Source of the DNA: Podarcis erhardii | Taxonomy: Eukaryota | NCBI GenBank assembly: GCA_964252035.1 | Contig: OZ176200.1 | Length of the DNA stretch: 64,000 nucleotides | Direction: 5' to 3' (one strand) | In this document: piece by piece, positions 23,333 to 34,834 of the stretch | Numbering within the stretch: the first letter of the stretch is position 1 | How the letters are laid out: every line of letters begins with the position of its first letter | The notes under the pieces: model-generated | The model's input: only the letters and a program-made list of their open reading frames with translations | Databases searched by the model: none | What the model was told of the DNA's origin: nothing | Translations under genes and position numbers: made by a program

Positions 23333-25419
23333 CCCCTGTTCTAAATGGACACATGGACATCTGAGGTGCTTGATTCCTGCTTTACTCAATGCTCAACTTG
23401 TGTCTGGGCTGTACTACTTTAGAGTCCTAATCACATGGGGGCTCAAGTGATTGAACATACCTCCATACCCTCCACCCAAAACCTGTGTAGAAATGCTAGG
23501 ACCCAAAAGAAAGTTTGCTACTTTCTGTGATAAGTAGAACAGAGTCAAACGGTACCGTAGAACTGTGTTAAGTAGAAGAGTCAAATGGTACAGTCTGTGA
23601 ATACAGAGCCAGTAAGATTCATTATCTAATGCACAAGGCTAGCAGCTGGTTTGTCTCCTGTTTTTGCACACCACAGAGATTGGTCACTCAGTGTAGGTCT
23701 CCCATACAATGCACTGCAAAACACCTTAATTAGCCAAGACATCTTCCTGCCTGGTGTGCACAGCAGCATTTTGCCAGCTCCCACTCCCCCCATCCCAGTG
23801 AAATTACTTAATACCCAAGACCAGCTATGGTTTTTTGGACCTGAATCAGGAAACCCCCTTGCATTAACACCCCCTTGCACACACCCCCTTGCAATAACAG
23901 CAATAATGTAAATAATTTAAATAAACACTTTGCTGCACCTTCATGACATCCAAAGCCAGCTGCCTGAGGCTGCTGCATCATTGTATCCAATGGCAGGCCG
24001 GTCCTACCTTCAGTGCTAAAATTAGAGGCGCCGGGTTTCAAATCCCTTTGAAACTCACTCGCTGCCCTAGAATCACCTCTTCCTAAACTCATACTTGTAC
24101 TGGTTAGTTGTTCCTCGGTGATTAAACAAATGTCCTCTGCACATGTTGAGAGACATTCAGGTCTTCACATTTTCCTGGCTCATCCAAAAAGCTCTGTTTT
24201 CCAGCCCTGGAGACTGGCCTCAAATCAAATGCTTTGTGACTATAAAATAGCATTTAGACGTGTTTCTGTTTTCTCAAAGTTATAGGAAGCACATCACGAA
24301 GCTAGTAAAAAGTTTTAATCCGCAAAAAAAAGAAGAAGAAGAAACAGGGGAAAACATGCATTTTACATTGAGTGCCACAACTAAGGAAATGACCTGCCAT
24401 TTTTTAAGTGGTCATCAAAGATAGCATAGGCTTCACTGGTGACGATATGCACCTAGAAGGGAAATGAGCATAGAAAATCAGATTAGGAACGGAGGGGTCC
24501 AGTTCGCAGGTGCAAAGCCTTCTTTAACAGGCAGGAAGAAATACGGTCAGAAATAGATTCCCCCGTGTGTCCCCCCCCCCTTCTTCTTCTTCTGTACAAA
24601 CTTTGCACTAAATCAAAATAAACTCGTACTGGACCGTGATCAAAATGCCAGCACAGATTACTTGGTTATTTCTCAAAACGAGAAGTACAGAAGAAGTCTG
24701 TTTCAGCTCCTTGGCGCTAGCCCATACAATTTAGGATAAATGCATCCACTGGAAATTGGCAAGGGGTTTAATGCCCCGAAACCACAGAAAGGAGGAAATA
24801 AGGCAAATGAGCTGTGGGAGGAGATGACGTGGCCTTTCATTAAATGTGGTCAAGGATACATCAGCAGAGAGGGAAAACGGGGAGCGTTCTCAGGTGAAAA
24901 ATTAGAAGTCTGCAAAATGGCTCGGTTCAAAGCGGGTTAGCGCTATGCGGAGCCTTCAAAAGTCCTGGCCCCAGAGAAGGCGCGTGCAAAGGAGAGAATA
25001 ACTTCGCTTTTATCCCGATTCTCTGCAAGGAAGCAGAACAGAAGCCCCTCACCCCCGGATATGAACACAGTAAGATCGAGTCAAACTCAAGCCAATAACT
25101 TGCATTTAATGTAAACAGGACTCAAAGTAAGAACTCTTATTCAAGAGATTGATACATTTATTTACCACTCGGTAGCTCCATCCCGAATACATTTCACCTG
25201 GAAAATAAGTCCTTTGGTTTTAACTGCCGTCAGAAACCTGGGGTTTTGCACCTCACAACCTGCTCTTCTTTTGCGAGCGGTGGGTGGCAAACAGGGGTTG
25301 TAGCCAACTAAGTCATACTCCGAGTAGAACCACTGAAGTCAATGCCCTTAACTTACTTTAATGATGTGATTTCAAACCGTCTATTCTTGGGATATCACCC
25401 CAGATCCAAAGTGTGCATT

Positions 25420-25537
25420 CATAGCACCATAGAATTGAAGAATTGGAAGGGACCAAGAGGGTCATCTAGTACAACTATCTGCAAAGCAGGAATTGTTTTT
25501 GCCCAACGTGGTGTTTAAACCCATGACTTTGAGATCC
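25420..25537 (-). mobile_element. 5'-truncated tRNA-Lys-like SINE with CR1-type tail
   Basis: Minus strand ...catgggtttaaacaccacgttgggc (decayed B box), then tagatgaccctcttggtcccttccaatt...attctatg. Confidence 0.65.
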
Positions 25538-25980
25538 TTTGCTGACGAACTTCTACAGCTGCAAAGAGGGATGAGTTGAGTGAAAGTCCTACTGAAGCGT
25601 CGTTTGCCTTTTTTGCCCTTTGTAGGACCTGATTTCACCTCAAGCAGCTGTCATTCCCCTGATTTAAATTCTACAATCTGATTTCATCAGCCATACACAT
25701 TCGCCTCAAAAATGTGTGCTGCCACCCTAATCTTAGCTACTAAGAAGTAAACTCAATGGGTTTCAATTCTTAGGATGGTGACCCACGACAGGAATGATAT
25801 GGGAATAGGTTCATTTGGGGAAGTTGGGTTAGCCTCTGATTGAACGTGCATGGCTGATCGGGCAGGATTCTGTAGCCAGAAGAAGGAGACAGGTAACCTT
25901 TCTTCATTGGAAAATATTAGGCAGGTTTGGGGCTTCACAGAGCTCTTTCTCATTCCAAGAACTTTTGATAAGAAGGCAGC

Positions 25981-26155
25981 ATAAGAGACATAAGAACATA
26001 ATGCAAGTCTGTTGGATCAGGTCAATTGGCCCATCTGGTCCAGCATCTTGTTCTCAAGGTGGCCAACAAGATGCATGTGGGAAACCAGCAAACAGGATTA
26101 GAGCATGAGAGCACTTTGCCCACCTGCAATTCCAAGCAACTGATATTCAGAAGAA
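25981..26155 (-). mobile_element. CR1/L3-like retroelement 3' tail
   Basis: Minus strand gagaacaagatgctggaccagatgggcc...gacctgatccaac...ttatgttcttatg tail repeat. Confidence 0.75.
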
Positions 26156-26186
26156 CCCATATACAAAAGCCCTGTACAGTATAGAG

Positions 26187-26322
26187 CAGGCATAGGCAAA
26201 CTCCGGCCCTCCAGATGTTTGGGACTACAATTCCCATCATCCCTAGCTAACAGGACCAGTGGTCAGGGATGATGGGTATTGTAGTCCCAAACATCTGGAG
26301 GGCCAGAGTTTGCCTATGCCTG
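26187..26322. mobile_element. hAT-type palindromic MITE (136 bp), young
   Basis: Termini CAGGCATAGGCAAACT...AGTTTGCCTATGCCTG with 58 bp arms and 2 mismatches. Flanks gtatagag/gtataggg match 7/8. The core is shared with 7043-7177 in the opposite orientation. Confidence 0.9.
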
Positions 26323-26334
26323 GTATAGGGAAGC

Positions 26335-26445
26335 TTTTTAAGGTTTAATGCTTTACTATGTTTTTATATAAGCTGGAAACCACCCGGAGTGGATGGGGTA
26401 AACCAGTCAGATGGGCGGGGTAGAAATAATAAATTATGATGATGA
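26335..26445 (+). mobile_element. LINE/SINE 3' tail (L2-like stem-loop plus AAT/GAT tail)
   Basis: ggaaaccacccggagtgg...cagatgggcggggtagaaataataaattatgatgatgatt. Confidence 0.6.
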
Positions 26446-26542
26446 TTCCTCTGACAGTGAAGGCAGTGACCAGTAACCGTTGACAACCTTCTCCTTCATG
26501 AATTTGTCTAAGCCTCTTTTAACTTCATAACTTCAAAATGTA

Positions 26543-26803
26543 CAGTGGTACCTCGGGGTTAAGAACTTAATTCATTCTGGAGGTCTGTTCTTAACCTGAA
26601 ACTGTTCTTAACCTGAAGCACCACTTTAGCTAATGGGGCCTCCCGCTGCTGCTGCTGCTGCTGTTGTACGGTTTCTGTTCTCATCCTGAAGCAAACTTCA
26701 TCCTGAAGCAAAGTTCTTAACCAGAGGTGATATTTCTGGGTTAGCGGGGTCTGTAACCTGAAGCATATGTAACCTGAAGGGTATGTAACCCGAGGTCCCA
26801 CTG
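26543..26803. mobile_element. Tc1/mariner (Tigger-like) MITE, 261 bp
   Basis: TIRs CAGTGGTACCTCGG...CCGAGGTCCCACTG flanked by TA on both sides, with internal repeated (t)aacctgaag units. Confidence 0.88.
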
Positions 26804-26929
26804 TAGTGTATTTGACCAACAAGAATTTGTTTTGATCACCCAGACACATGGGAAGGAACCTTGCATTTCTTCAGGATACTGTAGAATCATGTCTTGACTG
26901 TGGTGGCCATTCATGTTGATCAAGACCAC

Positions 26930-27120
26930 TTTCTCAGGACAAATGACCTGCATTGCTCAATTAGACTAAGGTGTTCTGTTTCCAACAGTGACCAGGCTAT
27001 GAAAACTCATAACCAAGGGATTAAAATCTTGGCATGTCTCATAGGCACCTGGTCCAACACCTGGTACTCAGAAGTATGCTGTTTGAACATGGAGAATTTC
27101 ACATAGCTAGGAAGATAGCT
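26930..27120 (-). mobile_element. Decayed copy of the same CR1/L3-like tail
   Basis: Plus strand gttctgtttccaacagtgaccagg...ggtactcagaagtatgctg...gaacatggag...catagcta aligns by eye with 7325-7500 reversed. Confidence 0.5.
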
Positions 27121-27192
27121 GTGCAATGCCTACCCAACTAAATGAAGAGAGAAAGCCAACTTAGTGTGAGATGTGACATTTTAAAGATCATG

Positions 27193-27265
27193 GGGCTGCA
27201 GTCCTATGCACCCTGAAGTAAGCCCCATTGAACTCAGTCTAGCTTACTTCTGAGTAGACACAGGA
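27193..27265 (+). mobile_element. Copy of the ~90 bp palindromic element abutting the SINE tail
   Basis: gggctgcagtcctatgcac...gtaagccccattgaactcagtctagcttacttctgagtagacac. Confidence 0.7.
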
Positions 27266-27266
27266 A

Positions 27267-27425
27267 GGCAGGAAGCTGCTTTATATTGAGTCATTCCAGT
27301 GATCCACCTAGCTCAGTATTGTGTACACTGCCTGGGAGTGACAGAGGACATTCCTAGCCCTTCTTGGAGATGCCAAGGATCTTCTGGGTGCAAAGCAGAT
27401 GTTCTGCCACTGAGCCATAGCCTTT
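27267..27425 (-). mobile_element. tRNA-derived SINE (Squam3-like, family name from recall)
   Basis: Minus strand ggctaTGGCTCAGTGGcagaacatctgctttgcacccagaag (A box and tRNA-like head; B box deleted), then caatactgagctag...gcagcttcc tail. Confidence 0.72.
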
Positions 27426-28223
27426 CCCTGTGTATAGTATTGTGTTGTATAAGTTTGTGTTATGAAGGCAGGTGCTCTGACTCAGGAAAGAAGAAGATGG
27501 CACCATGGATGGAGACCACAAGTGTGAAGAGGAGGGCAGTGCATATCTATTACACATGCCAATGGGAGACAGGGAGACAGAGAAACGGGGGGGGGGGGGG
27601 AGATGGTTGTGTGGCACAGAAGGTCAGTCTAGGCCAAGTACTTGTGTCATGACTGTGGAAGGTGAACCTTGAAAGAGTCCAGTGAATGAGGTTGGGAGTT
27701 GTGGGGGTAGGGAAGGCAGACAGAAAGAAAAAGCTAGACATGCAATTTGCTTTTATCACCTACAATTGGGAAGACTACAAGCCAATGGACTGGATGCTTT
27801 CAACCCTGTTAGAAGTAAGAGATTTTTGAGAGGAATGGCTACCATTTTAGGGGCCATCAGAGATCAAAGGGAAAGCAAAGGAAGCAGGAGAAGAACAACA
27901 TCAAAGATCAGACAGATGATGGTCCCCTGAAGTAACTAGCTGTGACCACTTGTTTGCTATGGTACAAAAGGCTGTCTATACAGCCCCATAAACAGGGACT
28001 GCACTTGAGGGTGAGGAGGCTGGCTGATGGTATTTTAAATGGCACTGGTCTGTGGGAGACCCGGGGAGTGTAGTGAGATGATTATGGGCCATTTCAACTG
28101 TGGTTTTTAATAGGTAGCTGTAATATGTCTTTTGTCTGGTCTAAAGAGGTCTGGCTGACTGGCTGCACCCACAGGTATGTGCATAAGACTGAAAAGAAGG
28201 GGTGGGATATGAGCACTACTTGT

Positions 28224-28589
28224 GGGGCAGTCCTGTGCACCCTTGAATTCATTGGGATTTACTTTCAACTGAACATAGATAGGATCAGGCTGTGAAGTGC
28301 ATGAAGGCCTAGCAGATGAACAAATATGTAGCCCTCCATTGACCTCAATAGCTTGCCTTGGTAGATCTAGCCTTAAGATCTCAACTCTGACTGATCCTAT
28401 CATAGTTACTCAAAAGTAACTTTCATTGGGATCTACTCTCAGTGCAGTGCATGTAGGATTGTAGCCTTCCAGATCAGTCTTGCAAACTCAGTGAGATTCA
28501 GGCTGCAATCCTATTCCCATTTACTTGAGAGTAAGACCCTCTGAGCTAACTATTACTCACTTCTGGATAAACATGTGTAAGATTGCCCT
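28224..28589. mobile_element. Three copies of the ~90 bp palindromic element (+, -, +)
   Basis: Approximately 28224-28292, 28389-28466 (reverse, ends taggattgtagcc) and 28501-28589 (begins ggctgcaatccta). Confidence 0.65.
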
Positions 28590-28789
28590 GTTAATAATAC
28601 AACTTCCTTGAGTAGAGTGCAGCTGGCTTCCAGTTTCAAATGTTGGGTCAGAACTAGCCAAGTGAAATTCAACAGAGATTGAAGTAAAGTCCTGTATTTG
28701 TGTACCAAGAACGAAAGACACAAATATAGGATCGAAGCAGCCTGCCTTGGCAGCAGTACATAGGGAAAGGATCAATAAAGAATCAATAA

Positions 28790-29457
28790 GTTGATCATAA
28801 ACTAAACATAAGCAGTATAATGCAGTTGCTAAAAACCCCCAAAAAACCTAAATGCAATATTAGGATATTTTTAAAGAAGCATAATGTCCAGATTAAAAAA
28901 AAGCAATAGTTCCACTATATTCCATGTTGGTCAGGCATAGGAATGTATAAGTATGTTGTATAAGTATGTGTTATGAAGGCAGTACTGGAGTACTGACAAA
29001 ATGCAGCATGGCCAGAGGAAGGGGACCAGGAGGATGAGCAGCATGGTATCCAAGTCTCATGAGGAACCATAAGAGAAGTTGCCTAGTTTTAGTCCGGAGA
29101 AAAGAGAATTAATGATCACAGTCTTCAAATATCTGAAGGACTGTCATGCAGAAGAAGATGGAGCAGGCCTGTCCTCTGTTGGTCCAGAGGGCCAGACTAG
29201 AACTCATGGGTGGAAATGGCAAGGAAGTAGTCTTTATCTAAGCATTAAGAAAGAATGGCAAGTGCTGTTCAAGAGTGCAATGGGCTGCCTCCAGAGGTGG
29301 TAGCATCTGGGGTAGCCCCTGCTGGAGGTCTTTAAGTAGAGGGTGGACTGCCATCTGGCAGGGATCCTGTCAATGAATCCTGCACTGCAGATACTGCACT
29401 GACCAGGAGACTGGACTGGATCACTTCAATATTCCCTTCCAATATTATGGTTCTATC
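28790..29457 (+). mobile_element. CR1 LINE 3' fragment (decayed ORF2 C-terminus and 3' UTR)
   Basis: Residual frame MITVFKYLKDCHAEEDGAGLSSVGPEGQTRTHGWK resembles the CR1 ORF2 end. Ends ggactggatcacttcaatattcccttccaatattatggttctat. Confidence 0.82.
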
Positions 29458-32400
29458 AGGGTCAAGAAATGTAGAGCGTTCAGAAACTATTTAGGCTCCT
29501 CCCCTTCCCTAAAACGGTTGTAGCTTGCTTTCCAGAATGCTGAGAGTCAAGAGAATCAAGAGTGCCTTAGCTCTCATGTGAAATTGTTGAACATGTAGTT
29601 TAAGCATAAGATTACATTAGCCACGTATAGGGACTGTTGTTGTTGTTGTTGTTGTTGTTTCATTTGATCTCTTGTGACAATTGCTTGGGGAGGGCAAGAA
29701 AGTGTCGCAGAGAGCTAGAATTTCGTGATCACTTTCTTCCTCGAACCCGCTTGCGCGGGGCGGGCTAAGAGAGGCTTTCTGGGCTGCCCTTGCAGATTGC
29801 GGGTCCCTGCCATCAGCAGAGTCACTGCAGCCGCTCTCTGGCTGAGGGCAGGTCTTAAGATGCACAGGGCTGCGAGGCTTGTCCTACAGCGCCTTCTCCT
29901 GGACGAGCGGCCAGACGACAAAGTGACTCTTCACATCACAGGGGCTGGTGGGCGGGGAGGGGGAGGGAGGAGAGGGGCAGGGTCTCCATGTGACATCTGC
30001 TCCCAAATCAGATAGAAGAGGATTAGGGAGAGGGGGAGAGAAAAGGAAATTAGAAGGAGTAGGGAATCCCTTCTGGGAAATAACGACAAGGATGAGTCGC
30101 ACCTTTGTGGCACCCCTCGACTCAAATATCAGATGTACAGAAGGCCTTCTGATTACTGTATAGATGGTGTCCCTTCAGACTCTGAAAGGTTCCTACCATC
30201 CTGAGCGCAGTCATGCGAGTGTGCGCGCGTTTGCACAGTTGCAGACTTCACTCTCAAGGGATCTCCTTACATAAAGCACGTATACGTAATATTAAACAGT
30301 GTTTTGATGTTGAAGAAGGGGAGGCATCCCGCCTTAAGTCAATATTAAAAGAGCTATTTATTTAACTGCTGAAACTGAAAGGCACGCCCGCCCCCACCGC
30401 CTCTGAATATGTTTGCTGGACAGGAAACGCGGAGCTGAGCTGTTTTGTTCTTGGCCCAGGCTGAGGGTCTGAGAAAAGCAGCTGAGAATATGTGGAGGTT
30501 GTTTAAAGGGACGGGAGAAAAGGAAGCTGGCAGTGTGGACGGAGATCTGAGGCTGCATGGGGGAGACTGCTCTAGCCAGGCTGTTCTGCGTCCAGCACAG
30601 GAATGCAGAGGGACACAATAAGAAGGAACATAACGAGCGACTTGCAAACAGGAAGGCAGAGTGGGCTGGCAACGTTTCAAAGGCAAAACGAGCCTCTGAC
30701 ACCACTCAAGGCGAGACCCCAGACTCTTAACATCCTTCCTGATCCTTGGCTGGTTCTTTGAGCAGAACCATTGGCCTCAATAGCAATGCACGGTCGGTGA
30801 CTAACAATGTGGGAGTTTTCTGTTCTGCTCAGAGTGAAGAGAGGCCTGTTGCTTGGCCGATTTCAGAGCCAGTCGGCCAGACAGAGACAACAAACCAGTT
30901 GCCAAACAACCAACAAGCCAGCATGGATTGCCCATTTTCTCTTTCTAGCTAAAGATCTTATAAAATCGGTCTGGCATCCAGGAGTTTTAACCCAGGCCTA
31001 GCCTTGTGCCGGATTGTGGCTAAGGGCTGCTCCATGAAACCCGGTGACTGCAGCCTGGAAGCCACATGGATTTTAAAGGAACTGCGCCGACCTTGTTCTT
31101 AACCCACATAGCTCCTGCCTCCACGTCAGGTCTACGTCTTCCTGGTGGTGCTTTGAAACGGTCCAACATAAAAAAAGGTCTCTGATTATTCTTCTTCTTA
31201 AATCTCAAAGCTCGGCTGATTCATTCCCAAAGCGCAGATTGCTATCAGTTTGGAAGAACTGGTGACTATCCTGGGAGCCAACCCAAAGCCGCAACTCTAC
31301 CTTGATACAGCTAACCATTTTTTCATTTTCATTTCATTTTTTCATTTTTATGTCTGCAAACAAGAGGAAACCGGAGGGCAATAATGTTCTCCATAGAAAG
31401 CTTTGCCACAAAGAGCTCTAAAACAATGCGTTGCCTTTCCTTCTCCTTAAAGTGCTTGGACCCTCCTCTCACTTCCACCTTTTTTTTATTTAATGAAAGC
31501 CCCTCAACCCGTTTTTCCCCTTCCCATGCTGAGATCATGCAAGTGTTTGTGTCCTCCCCACGCACCCCCTCCCTCAAGCACTTTCACTCACACATGTTTC
31601 ATGTTTGCTGCCCTCAGCTTCCTACTTGGAAGATTTTGAAAGGGGAGATTTTCTCCCTCGCATCCAATTAAACTATACTTCCTCTTTAGGAAAAAGCAGG
31701 TTTTCAAAAGCCACTCGGCGTAAGGATTTTTAGGGAGATATTTATCCCCAATGTGGTGTTATTCTCTGTCTTAAGCTCTGTCCCACTGACCAAATGAACT
31801 GTTTATGGCGATTCCTTTTTCCTCTCCCCCTCACCACCCCACACTCACTTCCTGTTTTTTAGCTCTTAACACTAGCAGTAGCAGCATTCAGTGCCGCAAT
31901 GCAGTAGAGCTGTAAATACCTTTAACAGCTGCCTGCCAACCAAAGAGTGAAATACTGTCTTTGTTCGGATTCTCTCTCCCACCCCCAGCTCCAAGCACTC
32001 ATACAGAAGCCCCTGAGAAATATAGTTCACTGGTGGGTGGGTGGGTGTACACACCACGATTAGATTTTTAGAGCTTTGGGTGAATGGGTATTTAAGGGCA
32101 CTGAACCCACCACAAAAGATCTAGGCCACAAATGAACGAGTGGGTTCTTCTTCACTAAGAACATGACCATTTCTGGGATTATTTTTCCTTAAACAAATTA
32201 TTGCCTTGTTCTGCATTTTCAGCTAGAAGTGATTAAACTATCCACGTTTGACCACTGGATGAATTCTCCTTTCTTGAGGGGGTCCTAACGTGTCTATTTA
32301 TGAACTCTCTCCTTTTTTAGGGGGAAATGAAATGAGCAGCCCCAAATACAATACCCCCCCAATCAATTTTATTTCAGTGAGCTTGGGGGCAAACTCTCAT

Positions 32401-33307
32401 AAAACTCAGCGGAATTCACAATGGTAGGGGGGTCGAGCCTAAAGCTGTATGCCTAAAATTTGCAGTTTAAGGTGGAAAAATGCGCTGAAATCAGTGCCCC
32501 TTTCTTCCAATGAATCGAATGCATTTAGAATCAAGAGTCTGGGCTTTTCAGCACCAAGCACTCTGGCACTTTAAGTCGAAGAACATGAATATATTCTGTA
32601 AAAAGAACAGTCATCCAGCATACGTGATTTGGTTTTGTTTTATTTTATTTCTTTAAATCCACGTACTTTGTATTGGGTTACGGATCTACGATGGGTTAAA
32701 TCTTATGGTTAAAAAAAAAGATGCGGAAATTAAGATTTCAAGAATGCAAAGGCAAACAAACCAATCAACAATGTGTCTCCAACTTAGCTATAATAAATGC
32801 AGTCTAACTGGGAGGGAGGGAAAGGGAGAAGCAATATACCAGAGAGGAAAGTGGGCGGACTTATATATGCACACATGATTTTTTTTATTTAGGATGGTTT
32901 GCGACTTTCTGCTATAAACTGTAGCCATTAAACTGTAATCAACAATCACCTTGCAAGATTGTGATGGTATTTTACTCCCACCCAGCACCCAGCCCAATAA
33001 TTTTCCCTAGACTGATTGCTAGAAAACCAGAACTCCATATTCTGTAGACTTGATCGAAAAAAGAGGGGAAACCGGATTCGAGTGATTCAGTGTTGACTTC
33101 CAACAAGTCGCAAAAAGGATATACGAAGTAGTCATTCTTTATAGAATAAAATTTGAGTGCATTACCAAGATTGAAATTTATTCCTATCACCGATAAGTTA
33201 TTTTAAATTGTGGGATGATCAAATATTTATGCATAGTAAACAAAACTGGTGTATAAGCAACATTACATTAATATATTTAATGCATGTATAAATCACATTA
33301 TGCAAAC

Positions 33308-33477
33308 NNNNNNNNNNNNNNNNNNNNNNNNNNNNNNNNNNNNNNNNNNNNNNNNNNNNNNNNNNNNNNNNNNNNNNNNNNNNNNNNNNNNNNNNNNNNN
33401 NNNNNNNNNNNNNNNNNNNNNNNNNNNNNNNNNNNNNNNNNNNNNNNNNNNNNNNNNNNNNNNNNNNNNNNNNNNNN
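33308..33477. other. Assembly gap (170 N)
   Basis: Run of N. Confidence 0.99.
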
Positions 33478-34469
33478 GATAATCGACCGTTTTTTTAAAA
33501 AAATGATTTGTCTAGACCGGACAACAGCCCTGCTTTAAAAATAAATAAATGAGGTGATGATTCAGCGTAACATTTTAAATAGAAATAAAGACGCCTAAGG
33601 CTACATAGCAACAACAGCAAAGTTATAGGGGAAATATATTAGATATTTGTATCCAGGCTGCAATATTATGCCATATTTACTTAACAATTAATTCCCACTG
33701 TAAGGAATTTATTCACTGCCAATTAAACATGGATAAGATTGGACTGTCTTGAGCTATATGGATTATTCCCCTTCCCATAATTGTTGCTATGAAAATAAAC
33801 GTATTGAATCCTCATGTCACCCCGCTCACAGCCAGAAAGACAGACAGATAATCTCCCTTGGTTCAATTAGGCCTGATCGATATAAAATATATTTTTGAAA
33901 ACGTCTGAGCACCACGGCGATGTCATCCTCCCTCTAGACCACAATAATCCGCAACGCCTTTACTCCAGAAGTCGCTGTCTTGCTACATAAGAGTAAGTAC
34001 CCGCTACGTTGCAGACATATTGGTGTCTGCTTAAACCTTCCACGCGTTAGCTACCGTGGAACACGCCACATGCGTCTTGCTCTTTATGACAATGCACACT
34101 AGGAAGTGTTTTGACCGCCCTAGAAAAAACCATCTAGCCGCTGCTCGATCCATTCCAAAACTGTTATATATATCCGACAGTATGACACGAACATTCCTTG
34201 CCATCCCTCCCTCAAGGTACAGTTTTAACAATCCCCTGATGTTTTCACGACTGCAAACATTTGGCCTTCGCTTTGCAAGACAGGGTCTTGTTTTCTGTTT
34301 AGGATTTTCCCCCCTCCTCCTCCCCGCCCTCCCAGTCATCTTGGTAGGATTAATCGGATGAAAAGTCGGACTCCCCAGCACAGAAGAAACCACAGATCGT
34401 AAGCCAGTCTCCCTGCAGCAAATCTGGTCGTAGGAGCGCTCAGCTTTGCTCATTATTAGTGACCCGGAT

Positions 34470-34472
<3 letters not shown>

Positions 34473-34518
<46 letters not shown>
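34473..34518. repeat. (CA)n microsatellite
   Basis: Direct reading. Confidence 0.95.
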
Positions 34519-34520
<2 letters not shown>

Positions 34521-34816
34521 GTTGATAATGAAAGGCATGCGGATGGAATCCTGCTGTTAAGAAAAACCACTAAAAGGGGGGGGGGGACGAGGCAACAGCG
34601 CACAAGTAGAAATTCAGGACATCTCGGTCCAAATAGTTTTGCTAGTAGTTTTTGTTTGGGAATATTTTTTTAATTCTGCTTCGGCAGTTTCTCTTGCTTC
34701 CAAACCTACTCTTGCCTCCCCAACCTCAGAGGCATTCAATTCCACTAGCGAGCTACGCTAGTGGGGCGGGGAGTGCCTATCTCAGCCTTGTTCTCCGTGG
34801 CATGGAAGCCTCAAAA

Positions 34817-34834
34817 GCCAGGCAGGTGGCAGCA
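34817..34834 (+). promoter_or_regulatory. Candidate CTCF motif in opposite orientation
   Basis: Plus strand gccaggcAGGTGGCAGCA. Confidence 0.4.

Noticed and set aside
26022-26240. Small ORFs within TE fragments (also 7312-7533 and 22922-23389)
   Set aside because: Translations of non-coding MITE, SINE or LINE tails rather than genes.
27760-27960. Possible decayed RTE/Bov-B 3' coding fragment
   Set aside because: Resemblance is faint and frames are broken; cannot support without a repeat search.
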